Notes under the pieces: model-generated
Told to the model about the DNA's origin: nothing
The model's database searches: none
What the model saw: only the letters and a program-made list of their open reading frames with translations
Translations under genes and position numbers: made by a program
From: Tubiluchus corallicola
Lineage: Eukaryota; Animalia; Priapulida
Reading direction: 5' to 3'
Assembly (NCBI GenBank): GCA_030141605.1
Contig: JAQGDQ010000196.1
Location: 124,001 to 188,000 of the forward strand
Length of the DNA stretch: 64,000 bases
Shown: positions 22,201 through 44,949 of the stretch, in pieces
Position numbering within the stretch: the stretch's first letter is position 1
How the letters are laid out: each line of letters starts with the position of its first letter

Positions 22201-25200
22201 AAACTGATTTGTTTGTTTACAAATATCCATTGGATATTTTTTGTTAGGCTCTGAATCTCATTTACTGTTGTAGAATGTGCAAACTCTTGTGTTTAGATTT
22301 GTGCTTGTTTGTTAATGTAAGGTACACATGTGAAGATGTGTATCTGTTTGCATTTAGATTATGTCTGACAATAATATAAAAATATTGTACACATATTTAA
22401 TGATAAACAATGATGAACAAAATAAGGCTTTAGGAAAGGTTCTCCAGTTGAATTACCATTAATAAATGTTTGCGAAATTTTAATTAAGTGTATGGAAAAT
22501 AACTCGATTACTGTTGGTATATTTTGTGATCTCTCTAAAGCCTTCGATACCATTGACCATGTTATATTACACGATAAGTTATCTTTCTATCTTGATAACC
22601 ATAAGCAGTGCATCAGATGTAATAATTATACCTCAACTGAACTCTCCGTAAATTGTGGTGTTCCTCAGGGTTCTGTTTTAGGACCACTTTTATTTTTGAT
22701 TTATATCAACGATATAAAAAACATTTTTAGTTGTCATAATATTATTCAGTTTACTGATGACACCACACTCTTTTTCAATTTCATTCATTTCAGCATTACT
22801 AACATAAATAATAGTTTAAAAGCCAACAAATTATCTCTTAATCCCACTAAAACTAAGTACATTCTATTTCGATTCCTTTACATTGTAGTCTTTATATTGA
22901 TGGCCTTCCTATAGAAGGTGTTCAATTTACCAGATTTTTAGGTGTAGTTTTGCATCTGGACTGCTGGACTGGAACTCTCATATAAAAATGATTAGTCTAA
23001 AAATAGCCAAAAATATAGGTATTATGTCCCATATTAAATACAATTTGTCCAAATCACATATACTTACTGTTTATTATTCTTTATTCTATCCTTATTTAAA
23101 TTATGTTAGTTCCCTTTGGGGAATCACATACGCGACAAATCTTAACCCTTTACATTGACTTCAAAGAAAATTTCTTCGTTTGTATTTCAGATGAAATGAA
23201 TTCACCCCAGTATTTAACTCTTTAAACAATGTAACATCTTGTCTATTGATAACATAGTGTTTAATAATATTGCAATTTTCATGTTAAAACTAATAGCAAA
23301 TTATTACACAAGTTCTTCAAAAATCCTATCAAACTGAATGCAAGATTTCATACTCCACGATTTAATCAATACTTTCTTCCATATGTCCGAAAGTTGCCAA
23401 GTATTCATTTCCTTTGCTGGGCCATTAATTTGGAACTATCTACCTAATCATATAAAATCAGAACATAGTATTTGTAAATATAAAAAAGCCTCAAACTCTT
23501 TATTATGAACCATAATCCAAACATTTATCATCTGTAATGTTTCATATCACACTCAAAGATGAACAAGAATGGATTATACTCCATAACAAGAAGAGGTGAA
23601 AGAAACTTTGTAGGCAGGTGGACATAATCTCACTCCTCTCACCATTTGCAGTTGTGTTTGCCTTGCTGATTTATTTACATTTATTACGTTTTTATTAGCT
23701 CATGTGAATCGAATTCTCTACTTTTTTATTTTTTTCTTCTCTCACTTTCATATTACATTTTTCATATCCCTTCACTTTTCATACTCCTTTTCTTCCCATT
23801 AACCACCTTTTATTCTTGCATCTATGCTTTTCTTTCTATTTGCCATATTGGGGCTGACTTCTACAAGTTTTCTTTTTGGACAGCCCCAATAATCCATTAA
23901 TCAACTTTATTATTTACATGCTTGTTTCTTTTAATTTGGTATTTTGTATTTTCACCATATTTATGTGTTATTTGGTCATGGCAAATGGAATAAAATAAAC
24001 TAAACTATTTATGCATTTTTGTTTAATGGCCATTATAAAAAGTGCAGTGTAGAGGAGTTGAATATGATGGAAGGGAAATTGAAGGAATTAAATTTAAGCT
24101 TTATTATAAAGTTGTTATGCAGTTTTATTGTTGTATTCTCTAGGTTAAAATTACATTTTACCCAGATTCTTTCCGCTGTGGCACTCATACGAACATTAAA
24201 ATGGCTGTGGAGGCGTCTGCTGGTCTTGCTAAGGTTCCGACCACCAGGTCTTCCAGAAGATGCATGGGCTGATGCAGTTGGGAGTCTGAGTGCTGCTGAT
24301 GCTTTACCATTTGACTCATATGATAGGTAATTACTAAATCAGATATTTAGAGACAGATATTACTAGAGATATTACTAGAGACAGAAACAGCCAAGCATTT
24401 TAGCTTAAAAATAGGATAGTGCTCTTCTCAGATTAGCCATGGTCATAATCGTAAAAGAAGTTAAAATGCCCATAAATCTCAAAAAATTCTTTATTTTTTC
24501 TTTGGAAGCTTTCGTCCTCTCGGACTTCATCAGCTGCACAGAAAGATACAATAATAAAAAATTACAAATTTTACTTTTTCTTTTTCTTTATTTTTAATTC
24601 AGCCTCCTCATGCTTTTTGTACACTTTATTTTACTGACATTGCACATCATTATTTTATATGTAGCTTCATCTGTAATTTTTTATTATTATATCTTTCTGT
24701 GCAGCTGATGAAGTCCAAGAGGACGAAAACTTCTGAAGAAAAAATAAAGATTTTTTTGAGATTTCTAGCCAAGCATTTTATTAAGTTCATTATTTTGTTT
24801 CAAACTGTCAAAAATTTCCTTTTTTTCAAATTGCTTTAGACTACAATTAATTAAAATATAACGGTGTTCCTGTGTTTTTCTCTATTATCTAATGTGATTA
24901 ATCTGTTTGGCCCAAAACGCTGTAAATGTATTTATGTCAGAATGGCAAGATTATCACTAGAACGCTGATGCTAACACACCACAAATATTTTAAGAATCAG
25001 CACATTTTATTTGATCTAAGGCTGTGGGTCCCTGGCGAGCTTCCTTAACGTGAAAATTTAACATTATCAGAACAGATAGACAAACAATCAATTAGGTGTA
25101 AACTCAATATTATTTAACGTAAGAAAAACACATTTGAGAAATAAGTAACAAAGATATATTAAGAATTATTGTTTAGCTACTGTCTTTAATTTTAACCGGG

Positions 25201-28200
25201 ATTTTTAAATGTACCACAAAACAGCATAAACTGTACTTATCGTGAGTCTCTGTGCACACGTTGGCTAGCTAGCTTAACCTCGTCACTGTCGCTGTCGAGG
25301 CAGTAGATGGCACTACTATGCTTGCCTGAGAGATAATAATTACATAGATAAACAAAATAAGTATTTCGCTTAATAATGCAAAATTAAACTCATTGGCACT
25401 ACTCCGCTTAATTTAGCAAACCTAATTGTAGAAATTTAATTAGTACGATAAAATGAGAGCACTATTGTATAGGGCTGTCACATCTAACAATTTATGAAAA
25501 AAATGGAGTGTTTGCTTGGTCATTTCTGACATGCCTTGTATTTTATATTATCAAATTGGCATTTCTTTAATACAGCAAGAAGTCGAGCTGGCCAATCATC
25601 ATGTTTTTTGCTGTTGCGTTTGGTGGACCTTGGCTAATATGGAAATTGCTCAAATCAGTGTGTGATACAGATAACAAAGGTAAGCAACTTTGTTCAGAAA
25701 CATACTTTTCTGAAGCTGAATAATGGCAAGCTGGTTAGTTACAGTTGTATGGCGTGTTTTATATCAATTACATTTTGGTACAAATTCAGTGAACTTTAGT
25801 TCCATCAATTAGGAAGTTGCACATATTAATAAAATTGCTGTATGAATGACAGTCAAACACCTGAAAGCAATGATTATTTAGGATTTGTAATAAGTACCAT
25901 AGTTCAACTTCTTTGTGATATAATGTGGCAAAACAATTAATTTGGCGACATCTCAAAGAGGAGTGAGTATACCATAATTAAGCAATAGTAGTAGATGTTG
26001 TAAATGTTCTAAGAAGCATGCAACTCTTGTTTCATATTTTGTTACGCACATTTTCTGCAGATTTAAAATTGAAACAACTTTTTTAATTTAAACATAATTT
26101 TATTGGTTAAGTTTTTTTTAAAGATAAAGGCTGGGAATCTGGTAAAGGTGATCATTTTGTTGCACGTGCAGAGTACAATTTCTTGTCTGCTCAAGAAGAC
26201 GAAGTTGCATTTAGAGCTGGACAGTATTTGAATGTTGCACCAAAAGGTTTGTGCAAGTTTTCATTTTTGTGTGACAGTTCTGTGAATTTTATTTAGCTAG
26301 CTAAAGATGTGGTGTTTTACCAATTGCCTAATTTTTGTGAAAATGTGAGAACTATAATTTGTCTTCACCCTTTGTTTCATTTATATAGCAGTTAGATGGT
26401 CAAGTTGCATTTTAGATTTAATGAGTAAAGATTATTTAAACAAATCTCCTATTGATCTCTCCTTGATCTCCTATTTTGATCATATGAATGAAATTTACAT
26501 TATCTGTAGTAAACTGATTTCCAGATACATTGTATCAGAAAATGTTGTAAAAACAAACCTTGTTATACCGCCCATCATTATAATGCCAACTTTTGGCTTT
26601 TCCAGATTTCCATAATATATCATATAGGGAATACCGCCAACGTCGCTTTTGCCATCTGTCACCGTATCTGCTGTGCAGGAGTGTATTCTACATAATAAAT
26701 CTACCCCGTTATAATGTCAGCCAAAATAAAGCATAGTGAATTGCTGCCGGAAAACAGCCGTTGCTTTGTGAAAACAGTGATCTCTGATAAAAAAACTGTT
26801 TCGGTGTTTAGATTAAAATTTAGCTAGGTTTCATAACAAGTTACTGTACAAAAGTGAATGTTGAGGTTTTGAACAAGGAACATGCATTTTAAGAATGCAA
26901 GAGTTCTAAAGTTCAGTGCTGAACTGATGTAAATTTAACACCCGTTAAAGCTGCTCAATTTATGTGTCACAGTTACTTTAGAGCCTTAATTGTCAAGTAA
27001 TGTTATGTTGGACGCATGGACAGCTTGGTTGCATATTTCTCTTATCAGCAGTTGGCCAATTACCAGTCTATTTCACAAGATTGCTTCTGCATGTTGTGTT
27101 ACGTAAGTTTTGCAAGGTGCCACTGTAGAATTACACCTGTTTTGTTAATGTTTCAAAAACATGCAGTATAACACATGTATTGTTGTAGGTATAATAATAC
27201 TATTTATCACATACAAAGTTAACAAGGAAATAAAATCGAGGCTGCACAGTAGAATGTCTTTAATGTTTAATGAACATTGTCTTATTGTCAACCCTGCTAT
27301 AACACCACATTTAGTAGTGCCCCAGACCTGGCATTATAATAATGTTTAATTGTATTTCAAATATCCATTTTTCCTGATGTTTATCCCAGACTTTTCTTTG
27401 CTCATAGAATTGCAGCCCAGGGTACGAGGATGGCTTCTTGCCAGTGCAGATGGCCAAAAGACTGGTCTTATTCCAGCAAACTACGTTAAAGTTTTGGGAA
27501 AACGGAAAGGTCGAGCAAATACATCTTCTCCAACGCAGGTAATGATGGCCACAAGTGGCTCTATTAGTAGTTATAATTATCTTTTTTCAATAGTTTATAA
27601 TTCCAGCTAGGGTAAGATTCTGAACTGGGGATTGTACATGATAAAACTATTTGAATTAACTAACTCTAAAATGTATTTTCAACAAACCGTTATTATTAAA
27701 TAGATACTTTCTCTGTTGCTTTAGTGTGAAAATAATATGCAAAGATTGTGAGAAAGTAGATTACAACTAACTACTAAACAGTGGCAAATGTTGCACACGT
27801 TAAGTGTTTTGTCATTGCTGTTAATATTATTATTATTAGGACTTCGTTCTTCTGTTTGTTTTTTTCCTTTATACACTGTTGTGCAATAAAGAGTATGTTC
27901 GTTTGCGTAAGCCCAACAACAACTTTTTTTCGAAAACGAATCATTTGATTTACAGGGGTGGTCATATAACCTTTGTGACATTGAACAGTCTTTTTGCTGA
28001 CACTTGCCTTGCCAACATTCAGTAAATACATATATTTTCTTGAGATGTGCAGGTATATTCTTACGAAAAGTTCCTGCATTTTCCACAAGCTAGATAACAG
28101 CAAACTTAGCATCTGTATTTAAGCCTTAGCAACTGCAAAAAAGAAGTCCCAAGTTCCAGAGCTACTACTACATTTGCAAATGTGCATCATTTATTTTCTA

Positions 28201-28836
28201 CTAATGGAGAAATAAAATTACTGTTTACTGTAAACATTGAGTGAGAAACGGACAGTGACCTCCCCATTTAATATCTGTTGACATGTCGATGCGGTGGCAC
28301 TATTTATCGCTCTCCCAAATTTTGTTTTTGGGAGAAGTGGTGATAAAAATGCAAAGAAGTAGTGAAGGCATGAACATAGCCATAACTGAAAATAAAACAA
28401 TATATTACATTCACTGATGTACAATCAGTATAGTGATATTTGTGCTTTAATGCTTGTGTTATGTCGTCAGGTAGGCAAGGCGCATATGAGGAATCCATGA
28501 CTAATGGTAATGCTGGGTTGGATCAAGTGCAGGTACAGGAGATACAAATAGGCCGACGATGTGTATACCATGCTCATGTTAAAAATTATGATTCTCCTTT
28601 AGGCACTACTCAATGGTATTTTCTTGCAGGCTCAGCCATCAGCTTTGCAGCTGCAGCAGCCGGTTGCAAGTATCCAAAGCCCCAGTCAAGTGAACCTAGA
28701 TGAATATTTTGAGAACCCATCACCAGAAAGCGACAGACCAGGAACCATGCAAGCAAGCAACACGATCGCAGAGCTTACAGATACCCAAAGTAAAAACACT
28801 GAACTGAATGTGCTGGCAGCCGACATGCTTAAATGA
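16264..28836 (+). CDS. PEX13: Peroxisomal membrane protein PEX13 (425 aa, 9 exons)
   Basis: Exons 16264-16346, 19611-19805, 20105-20227, 21307-21435, 24144-24326, 25576-25679, 26124-26246, 27408-27538, 28630-28836 (1278 nt, phases consistent). N-terminal KPWE, PPPLPTRP, YG-rich region, AFQSIESIV...MMLESTF...SFRAVLGVADHFSRL, SWPI transmembrane segment, SH3 domain (GWLLASADGQKTGLIPANYVK). Confidence 0.95.
16819..19089 (-). mobile_element. 5'-truncated CR1-type LINE in PEX13 intron 1, 9-bp TSD
   Basis: tttcatgta at 16810-16818 and 19090-19098; (CTA)n tail; uninterrupted RT frame. Confidence 0.9.
16958..19147 (-). CDS. CR1-type reverse transcriptase ORF (lacks APE; first ~19 codons are flanking DNA)
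   Basis: NYRPVSL, QHGF, LDLKKAFDVVPH, GVAQGSVLGP, FADD, EKDLG, RSKVEY, RRLRG. Confidence 0.85.
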   Translation of the reverse strand: MYYVHCRPFHYKSLYIVHESMCNAFSQVDWINVLNSNLTLDDMWTKFHNVYMSVVDEYVPSFYPSFYNKSSRPRPPWLTKQLLGCIKEKEKLFFDWKRRRTKLSYERYAARRNVVKNLITTARKRYERILASNCKSNPKAFWQYINALRKPKSRIHSLKNSQGILVSDSEEKAQILNDFFISVFSPNASDYEVTTVQQYPDISNVSITEEEVLYELQNLNVNKSAPDSYHPRILNECRTVLFKPIYTLLDRSFADCQLPGQWKVAQVTPIHKKGDKSDPSNYRPVSLLNTINKVTEKIMRKHIMNHLIRYNIICEEQHGFVKGRTTVTQLLQCYDAWFELKDANKPFDIILLDLKKAFDVVPHHFLFAKLKNCGITGSVLQWIVNFLENRSQCTCVDGCKSTESLITSGVAQGSVLGPCLFVVFINDLPSCVSNSLRLFADDSKIWSESDSFTSCNDLQLDLEGLCDWAVENGMQFHPNKCKVVSVGAGYEYKYKMYDASGIPAELDFSACEKDLGLLLDNKLNFKDHIAEIIKSAKRNNALIRRNFKYLDLQTFKLLYVALVRSKVEYGSSIWNSPRAYIVDPVETVQMRAFNMLPELMNLTYESQLKRIGLTTLAFRRLRGQLIDVYKYVSGVYSCDDCPVKLEVHRTARSGPILHKSRTAHKTGKYDYFSCTMPEIWNRLPCDVRTATSVNLFKSKLDRHYEHHPLKFNHRANWNMPITRMLDYIL
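21690..21870. repeat. Minisatellite, ~29-30-bp unit (agtaaccaaattttctaaagtttttgcNct), about 6 copies
   Basis: Repeated taaccaaatttt...aaagtttt units read directly. Confidence 0.75.
22410..24005 (+). mobile_element. Degenerate CR1/L2-group LINE 3' part in PEX13 intron 4
   Basis: FCDLSKAFDTIDH, GVPQGSVLGPLLFLIYIND, FTDDT, NKLSLNPTKT with stops and frameshifts; 3' stem-loop ggggctg...cagcccc and aataaaataaactaaact tail. Confidence 0.85.
24503..24536 (-). ncRNA. Minimal hammerhead ribozyme-like motif (Penelope type)
   Basis: CAG-CUGAUGA-A-GUCC-gaga-GGAC-GAAA-GCUUC; palindromic AGCU stem III. Confidence 0.65.
24702..24735 (+). ncRNA. Minimal hammerhead ribozyme-like motif (Penelope type)
   Basis: CAG-CUGAUGA-A-GUCC-aaga-GGAC-GAAA-ACUU-CUG; stem I CAG/CUG intact, stem III palindrome altered. 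Confidence 0.6.
26550..27355. mobile_element. Second copy of the pogo/Tigger-like non-autonomous element, inverted relative to 5469-6654
   Basis: Ends catttagtagtgccccagacctggcattataataatgtttaattgta; interior similarity to 5700-6050. Confidence 0.55.
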
Positions 28837-29955
28837 AGTGAAATACTTATAAACACAAAGTAATGATTACTAAATTAATGATGGTTACACACAAGAAATG
28901 AACAGTACAAAAAATACGCAGAATTAATTGTAGTTTACTATTGATCATTGTAGTATCTTCGAAGTGATTTCCTGCAACTTTCCATAATCATGCAAAAATA
29001 GAAAATGTTACAGAGCATTTTTAACAATTTTGGAAAACAAAAATTTGGGTTTGGATGTCTTTCCTCTCTAGTTTAAAGTTTTAGTAATCTGTGCGAGCTA
29101 TTGGGTAATGCATGTGTCATTTTATGTAGAATGAATTTGTACAAAATGTAAATAATGATTGCAAAAATCTATTCACTGTGGCTCATTTGTTATAAATTTT
29201 ATTAAAACACAATGTTTCTTAAGTTAATAATAATAATGATTGTTTTTCGATGCTTTCAAAACTGGCTAAGAACTTGTAGCAATGGCTGGGTTATATAACA
29301 TGTCCAAAGCATTGCAAAAACATACCAAAAGCACGATTTTGTATTTGTGCTTTGTTACTCATCAATACCTTAAATTTGTTTATCTTGATTTGTTTACTAA
29401 CACGTTTACAGTGAAAATACAAAATAACAGTAAGTAGATATCAGCAGTTATGTATTTATCAAAGGCGGAAAAATCACTAGATTTACACACAATCTTATGA
29501 AAGGATACTAATTGTCATCTCATAAACAAAAACAAAATTCATTTTACTTTAATATTATTCAATGTTGTATTTAACTTTAATCACACTTAGGTAAGAGTGC
29601 TGCTGTGCACACAATAAACATTATGAAACTATTACATATATTGTAATTGTATCACACATAATTTAACATCACATACATGCTATAACATTAATTAATTTGC
29701 ATTTGCAACAATGAAAATGTTTTGCAGCAACGAAACAAATGACACCATTTATACTTAAAATGACAATTTATGACTAACATTCTTGGGCAATTACTGCGTA
29801 CCTTCAAGAAAGTGTATTAGATGACTATGTACAGAAAAAATCAATTTTGTTATCTATACTACAAGTAGTTAAGTAGTACCTTTACACAGTACCCTAGATT
29901 GTTTGCTAGCATCCACCTGAGCCTGATCATAAAGCATAGCTAATCGAAATTAAAC

Positions 29956-30473
29956 GAGGGTTGGCCTTACGGGTGCGGAACCGTCCAGTTGCATAGCACT
30001 CACAGCTTTTGGGGGTTTGAAAAGAAGACTGATCTTTGCAAATATTTTTTTGCTTATGCACCTGCAATTTGTTTATATAACTGTTCGTGTTTATTTTATG
30101 TTTCATGTTTTAGTACATTCCTATTACAGAGGCTGAAAATTGTAAATTATTGATTAAATTGCTCTTTTTTGCTATTTTTACAAACTTCATTTGTGTATTT
30201 ACTTTTGCTGAATATTAAGATTAAATTTAAATGTTCTATTACTAATTAAAAATCCTAAGGCCTCTTTTGATATAATTTATAGTAAGAGGTATAAATAATC
30301 TATTAGAATAAGCTATTACAGGTGCTTTTGTACAGTAAAATTTTTATGCGTTTGTTAACGATTTACTAAAGTGGAATGACAACCACTGAAAACAATATAA
30401 CTTTTGCCATAGGGTAGTCATGGCCCGCACAAGCTGTTTTGTACGGGGCCCGAAATATCTTAAGGCCGGCACT
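29956..30473. mobile_element. Degenerate hAT-like MITE
   Basis: gagggttggccttacg...cttaaggccggcactg imperfect termini, GC-rich subterminal ggcccg motifs. Confidence 0.4.
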
Positions 30474-31335
30474 GACTAAGCACTGTTTATATTGACGACG
30501 TAGAAAACATATCCTGTCAAGAACTCCTACAATCCAGGAAATAACTTGTAATAAATAAATAAACAGACATGATGTTTTAGCACATCACTGCGAACTATAT
30601 TTACTTAGACAAAAAAGAATGAAGTAGTGCAATAATCACTATATATGAATCTTTTTGGCATTTAGAATTATAAAATAATCATTAGTGAAGCACAAGAAAA
30701 CTCAAAAGAAAGAGCACAAAAAGCATGAAATATTGCTAATAACAAGAAACATCATGGTAGCAGGAACATCAGCTAAGATGCAATGAATACTACAATTTAG
30801 TATCTTTTGTGCTTTGAACATGTTTTTCAGCTGTGGATAGAAATGTGGTGTACTTTCATTTCTTTGGTGCAGTTTTATAAATTTGCCATTTTCTGTTCCT
30901 ATTTTCCCAAGTACAGAAAGGTAACATACATTTGCACATGATTAACTTTTTCTCGAGGGGTGTTTCTCTCACTTTATAATAAAGTCCTAATAAGGAAAAA
31001 ACAACGTAGAAGTAGTAATAACTAAAAAAGTCTGTTCTTAGTATGTTCTTACTCTCTGAAAGTGATACAGCAAACAGATGCACAAGTGATGTACAAGTGT
31101 ATAACTATTCTCATCTGCTACATAACAAAAAACATACTTCCTGCCATGAACCTTGTCAAGTGATGTAAGATCCTGTTAGGTATCAGGCATGTAAGTTTAT
31201 ATAACTTGTGCCAGCCCCGCCTGTAAAACATCTTTCTGCATAATTGCATACACCTGCTTGCATAATTATAGTCTCGGGTGTTGTCAGTTGACCAACTGCA
31301 CAGTTTCCTCCAAGTTAAGTGTATATTGTCCGGTG

Positions 31336-42261
<10,926 letters not shown>

Positions 42262-42509
42262 TATTCCATACAACATTACTGCCATCTGGTGTAGGAAATT
42301 TGGAGATAGAATGAGTCACTAAATCTACTGTAGAATGCACACTGTACAGATGTGACTTACGTGATGTGTGACTGAACGTGCAGTAATTAAATTTTAGAGT
42401 TAACGGTTAACTTTATATCTTTGTAAAGGTGTAAGAAGTGGTACCAGAGCTAACGTCTTTTTTGCAGCCCTATGTTTACTTTTTATTTTAATGACATCAC
42501 GCTGTAATT

Positions 42510-43285
42510 ATCTGATGGCTGCGAAGAATCTGACATTTGGGTTCTCGGTATTTGGCAATATTATGGCATTAGGGGAATTAAATGAGGTAGGTCTGAATAA
42601 AATTTATGGTAAACATTTGGGTGAAAGAGCATGGAATGTGCATATAGAGAAAACTATAGCTGAATTATAGCGGGATTAAAAATGTAGAATGAAAAGTTAA
42701 GTAAATGTTCGACAGTAGAAAGATATAGAGATTGCAAAAGTTGTATATAATTTGAACCCTGGATGAACGATATATGGGGTGCAGAATTGCTTGTCAAAGC
42801 TAGGGTTGGTGCATTAGAAGTATTGGGAAATCTTTTGTATGCTTGGAAAGTAGATTACCGCATAGAAAAAAGGCTTTGTAAATGTGGTAAAAATATTGAA
42901 ACTGCAGAACACATAATATTAAGTTGCGAATTTTACACACAGTTGAGAATCAAAGTCCCTTGGCAAGGAGCAGCTGACGAAAAATGCTTGAGATGGCTGT
43001 TATTTGGAGAGGGAAAAATTTATGCAGTCTGCCTACTGAAGGACATAATGGTCAAAAGAAGAAGCATTGCGAATGTTTAACTTTAAAGCTGAAAAGATAA
43101 AGAGGAATATATATTTAGCTCTGCGTAATGGCGGTATAACATTTATAAATCCAAATTTTGTTTTGTGGTGCTGTAGCATTGGTGCAAGCATATGTGTGCG
43201 CCTTACGTTTTTGAGTAGAAAATTAGCCTAGTAGTACAACAATCGTTGCTACTCGCCCTGATATATAAAAGGGATTTAGGCACCG
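42510..43285 (+). mobile_element. LINE 3' fragment with C-terminal Cys/His finger and (GGAT)n tail
   Basis: LCKCGKNIETAEHIILSC; ggatggatggatgga tail; homologous to 45258-46050 in inverted orientation. Confidence 0.75.
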
Positions 43286-44214
43286 GATGGATGGATGGAT
43301 GGACTGAATTTGAATACAATAAATATTACAGATACATATACTACAGCGCACATACGAAGTAGAGAAATACACAAATAACACCAAAGCTTATGATTTACGT
43401 CTACTGTACGTAATTACAATTCTGGTCCACTGTTAGGTCAAACGCTTTTAAATTTCACTGTTGTTTCGTTGTTTCCGCAGTGACCATTCTGTCTGGTTAG
43501 ATAGGCACAAATGAATGTCACCATGCGAGACACAAGTAACGTGTCTTTACTTAATCAACTTTAACTCTTTTATTTTGGCTAAATTTCCAGTTTGTCACCT
43601 CTTCTCTTTCATTCTTCCATTTACTATATATTTGTGGATTTTTTTACTCAATCAAATGTTCAATATTTATTTCTGCGATCTCCACAGAGGAAGAAATCAG
43701 ATTATATGGCAGCAAACTTTGATCATAATTCTTTTATAACTCATTCATTATTATTCTATTCTTTATGAACTTTTATTCAAATAGCTGAAACAAATACTAC
43801 TCAAGTCAATTTTTCATTGAGTAGTAAATTGAATTGAATTGAATTGGTTGGTAATACATTTTTTTATTACTGTACATTTGAATAGCTGCTCTGCTCTGTC
43901 GTGTCTTCTTTACTACATAGCAGACACCATAAATCTTCTTTAAACTTACTCTTATAATTACATTTTATTCATAGCATATTGAGCTTTATTTCTAATATAA
44001 TTTTTGTGTTCTGGCCTCAATTTAGTGACTTTATCATGCTCATAGGTTAAGAACCTTAACTTAGTTTTTGAGCGTATCTTGTGATGTGCACTGACTTTAA
44101 TGAATTTTCTTATATTCCCTTTAGCATGCTTCTTCCTGACTTCTTAAGTGTCTTTGTAGACCCAAACTGAATAACTATATCATACTTCTTACTTAGACTT
44201 CTAACTTCTTTTAT

Positions 44215-44800
44215 CTAACTTCCTTCTATTTTTTGTCCCACATACTTTCCATCATCTTTGGACTCTCTTGAATTTATTAGATTATGTAAGAACATCAATC
44301 TTTTGTGATCGATTCTCTGTTCAATTAGCCACACGCTTGCTTCTATTGCCATACCCCAATAACTGACTGACACCTGTGATAATAGATTTGTAACATTTCC
44401 TTCTGAATTTTTTCTATCCTGCCCATTTCTATTTTCATTACTATATGTTGCTCGTTTATATATTGCTGTATCAGAGTATTGCACAATATGTGAAGGTAGA
44501 TTATTCCACTGGATGAATGAACATGGTGCAAATGAATATTTGAAACAATCTTTTTTGAACTGGTAGCATTGAAGTTTACGCTGATGCAAATTATGGTTTT
44601 TCCTGGTAGCTTTGGTAAATAATATATTGCTATTAATATTTACATAGCAGTCAATGAACCATGCACAAATGTTGTAGTGCGATTTTAATTAAGCTCCATT
44701 TAAGCCATTCTGTTGAGTAGCCAGTTAATTCAATAATATTTTCGACACATATAGGTTACAAGACTAGTGAGCAAATAGTCGTCATTGTTCTTAACTGCGT
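44215..44800 (-). mobile_element. Degenerate LINE fragments
   Basis: FKYSFAPCSFIQWNNLP (LINE C-terminal motif) abutting a RIDHKRLMFLHNL-type fragment. Confidence 0.55.
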
Positions 44801-44949
44801 TATTTATTTTTGACTATAGTTTCCACAATCCATAACTATAATCTGTCAAAGGGGATTTGTCAATGTTGCTAATACTGATACCTCTACTTTTTAAAGGAGA
44901 CGTAAATACTAAAAAATTTCAGAGATGCCATCAGTGGAGGACATATCTA

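Larger units (their letters stand above)
24403..24766. mobile_element. Penelope-like pseudo-LTR fold-back insertion with 14-bp TSD
   Basis: agccaagcatttta at 24389-24402 and 24767-24780; inverted arms 24474-24566 and 24672-24764, each with a hammerhead core. Confidence 0.75.
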
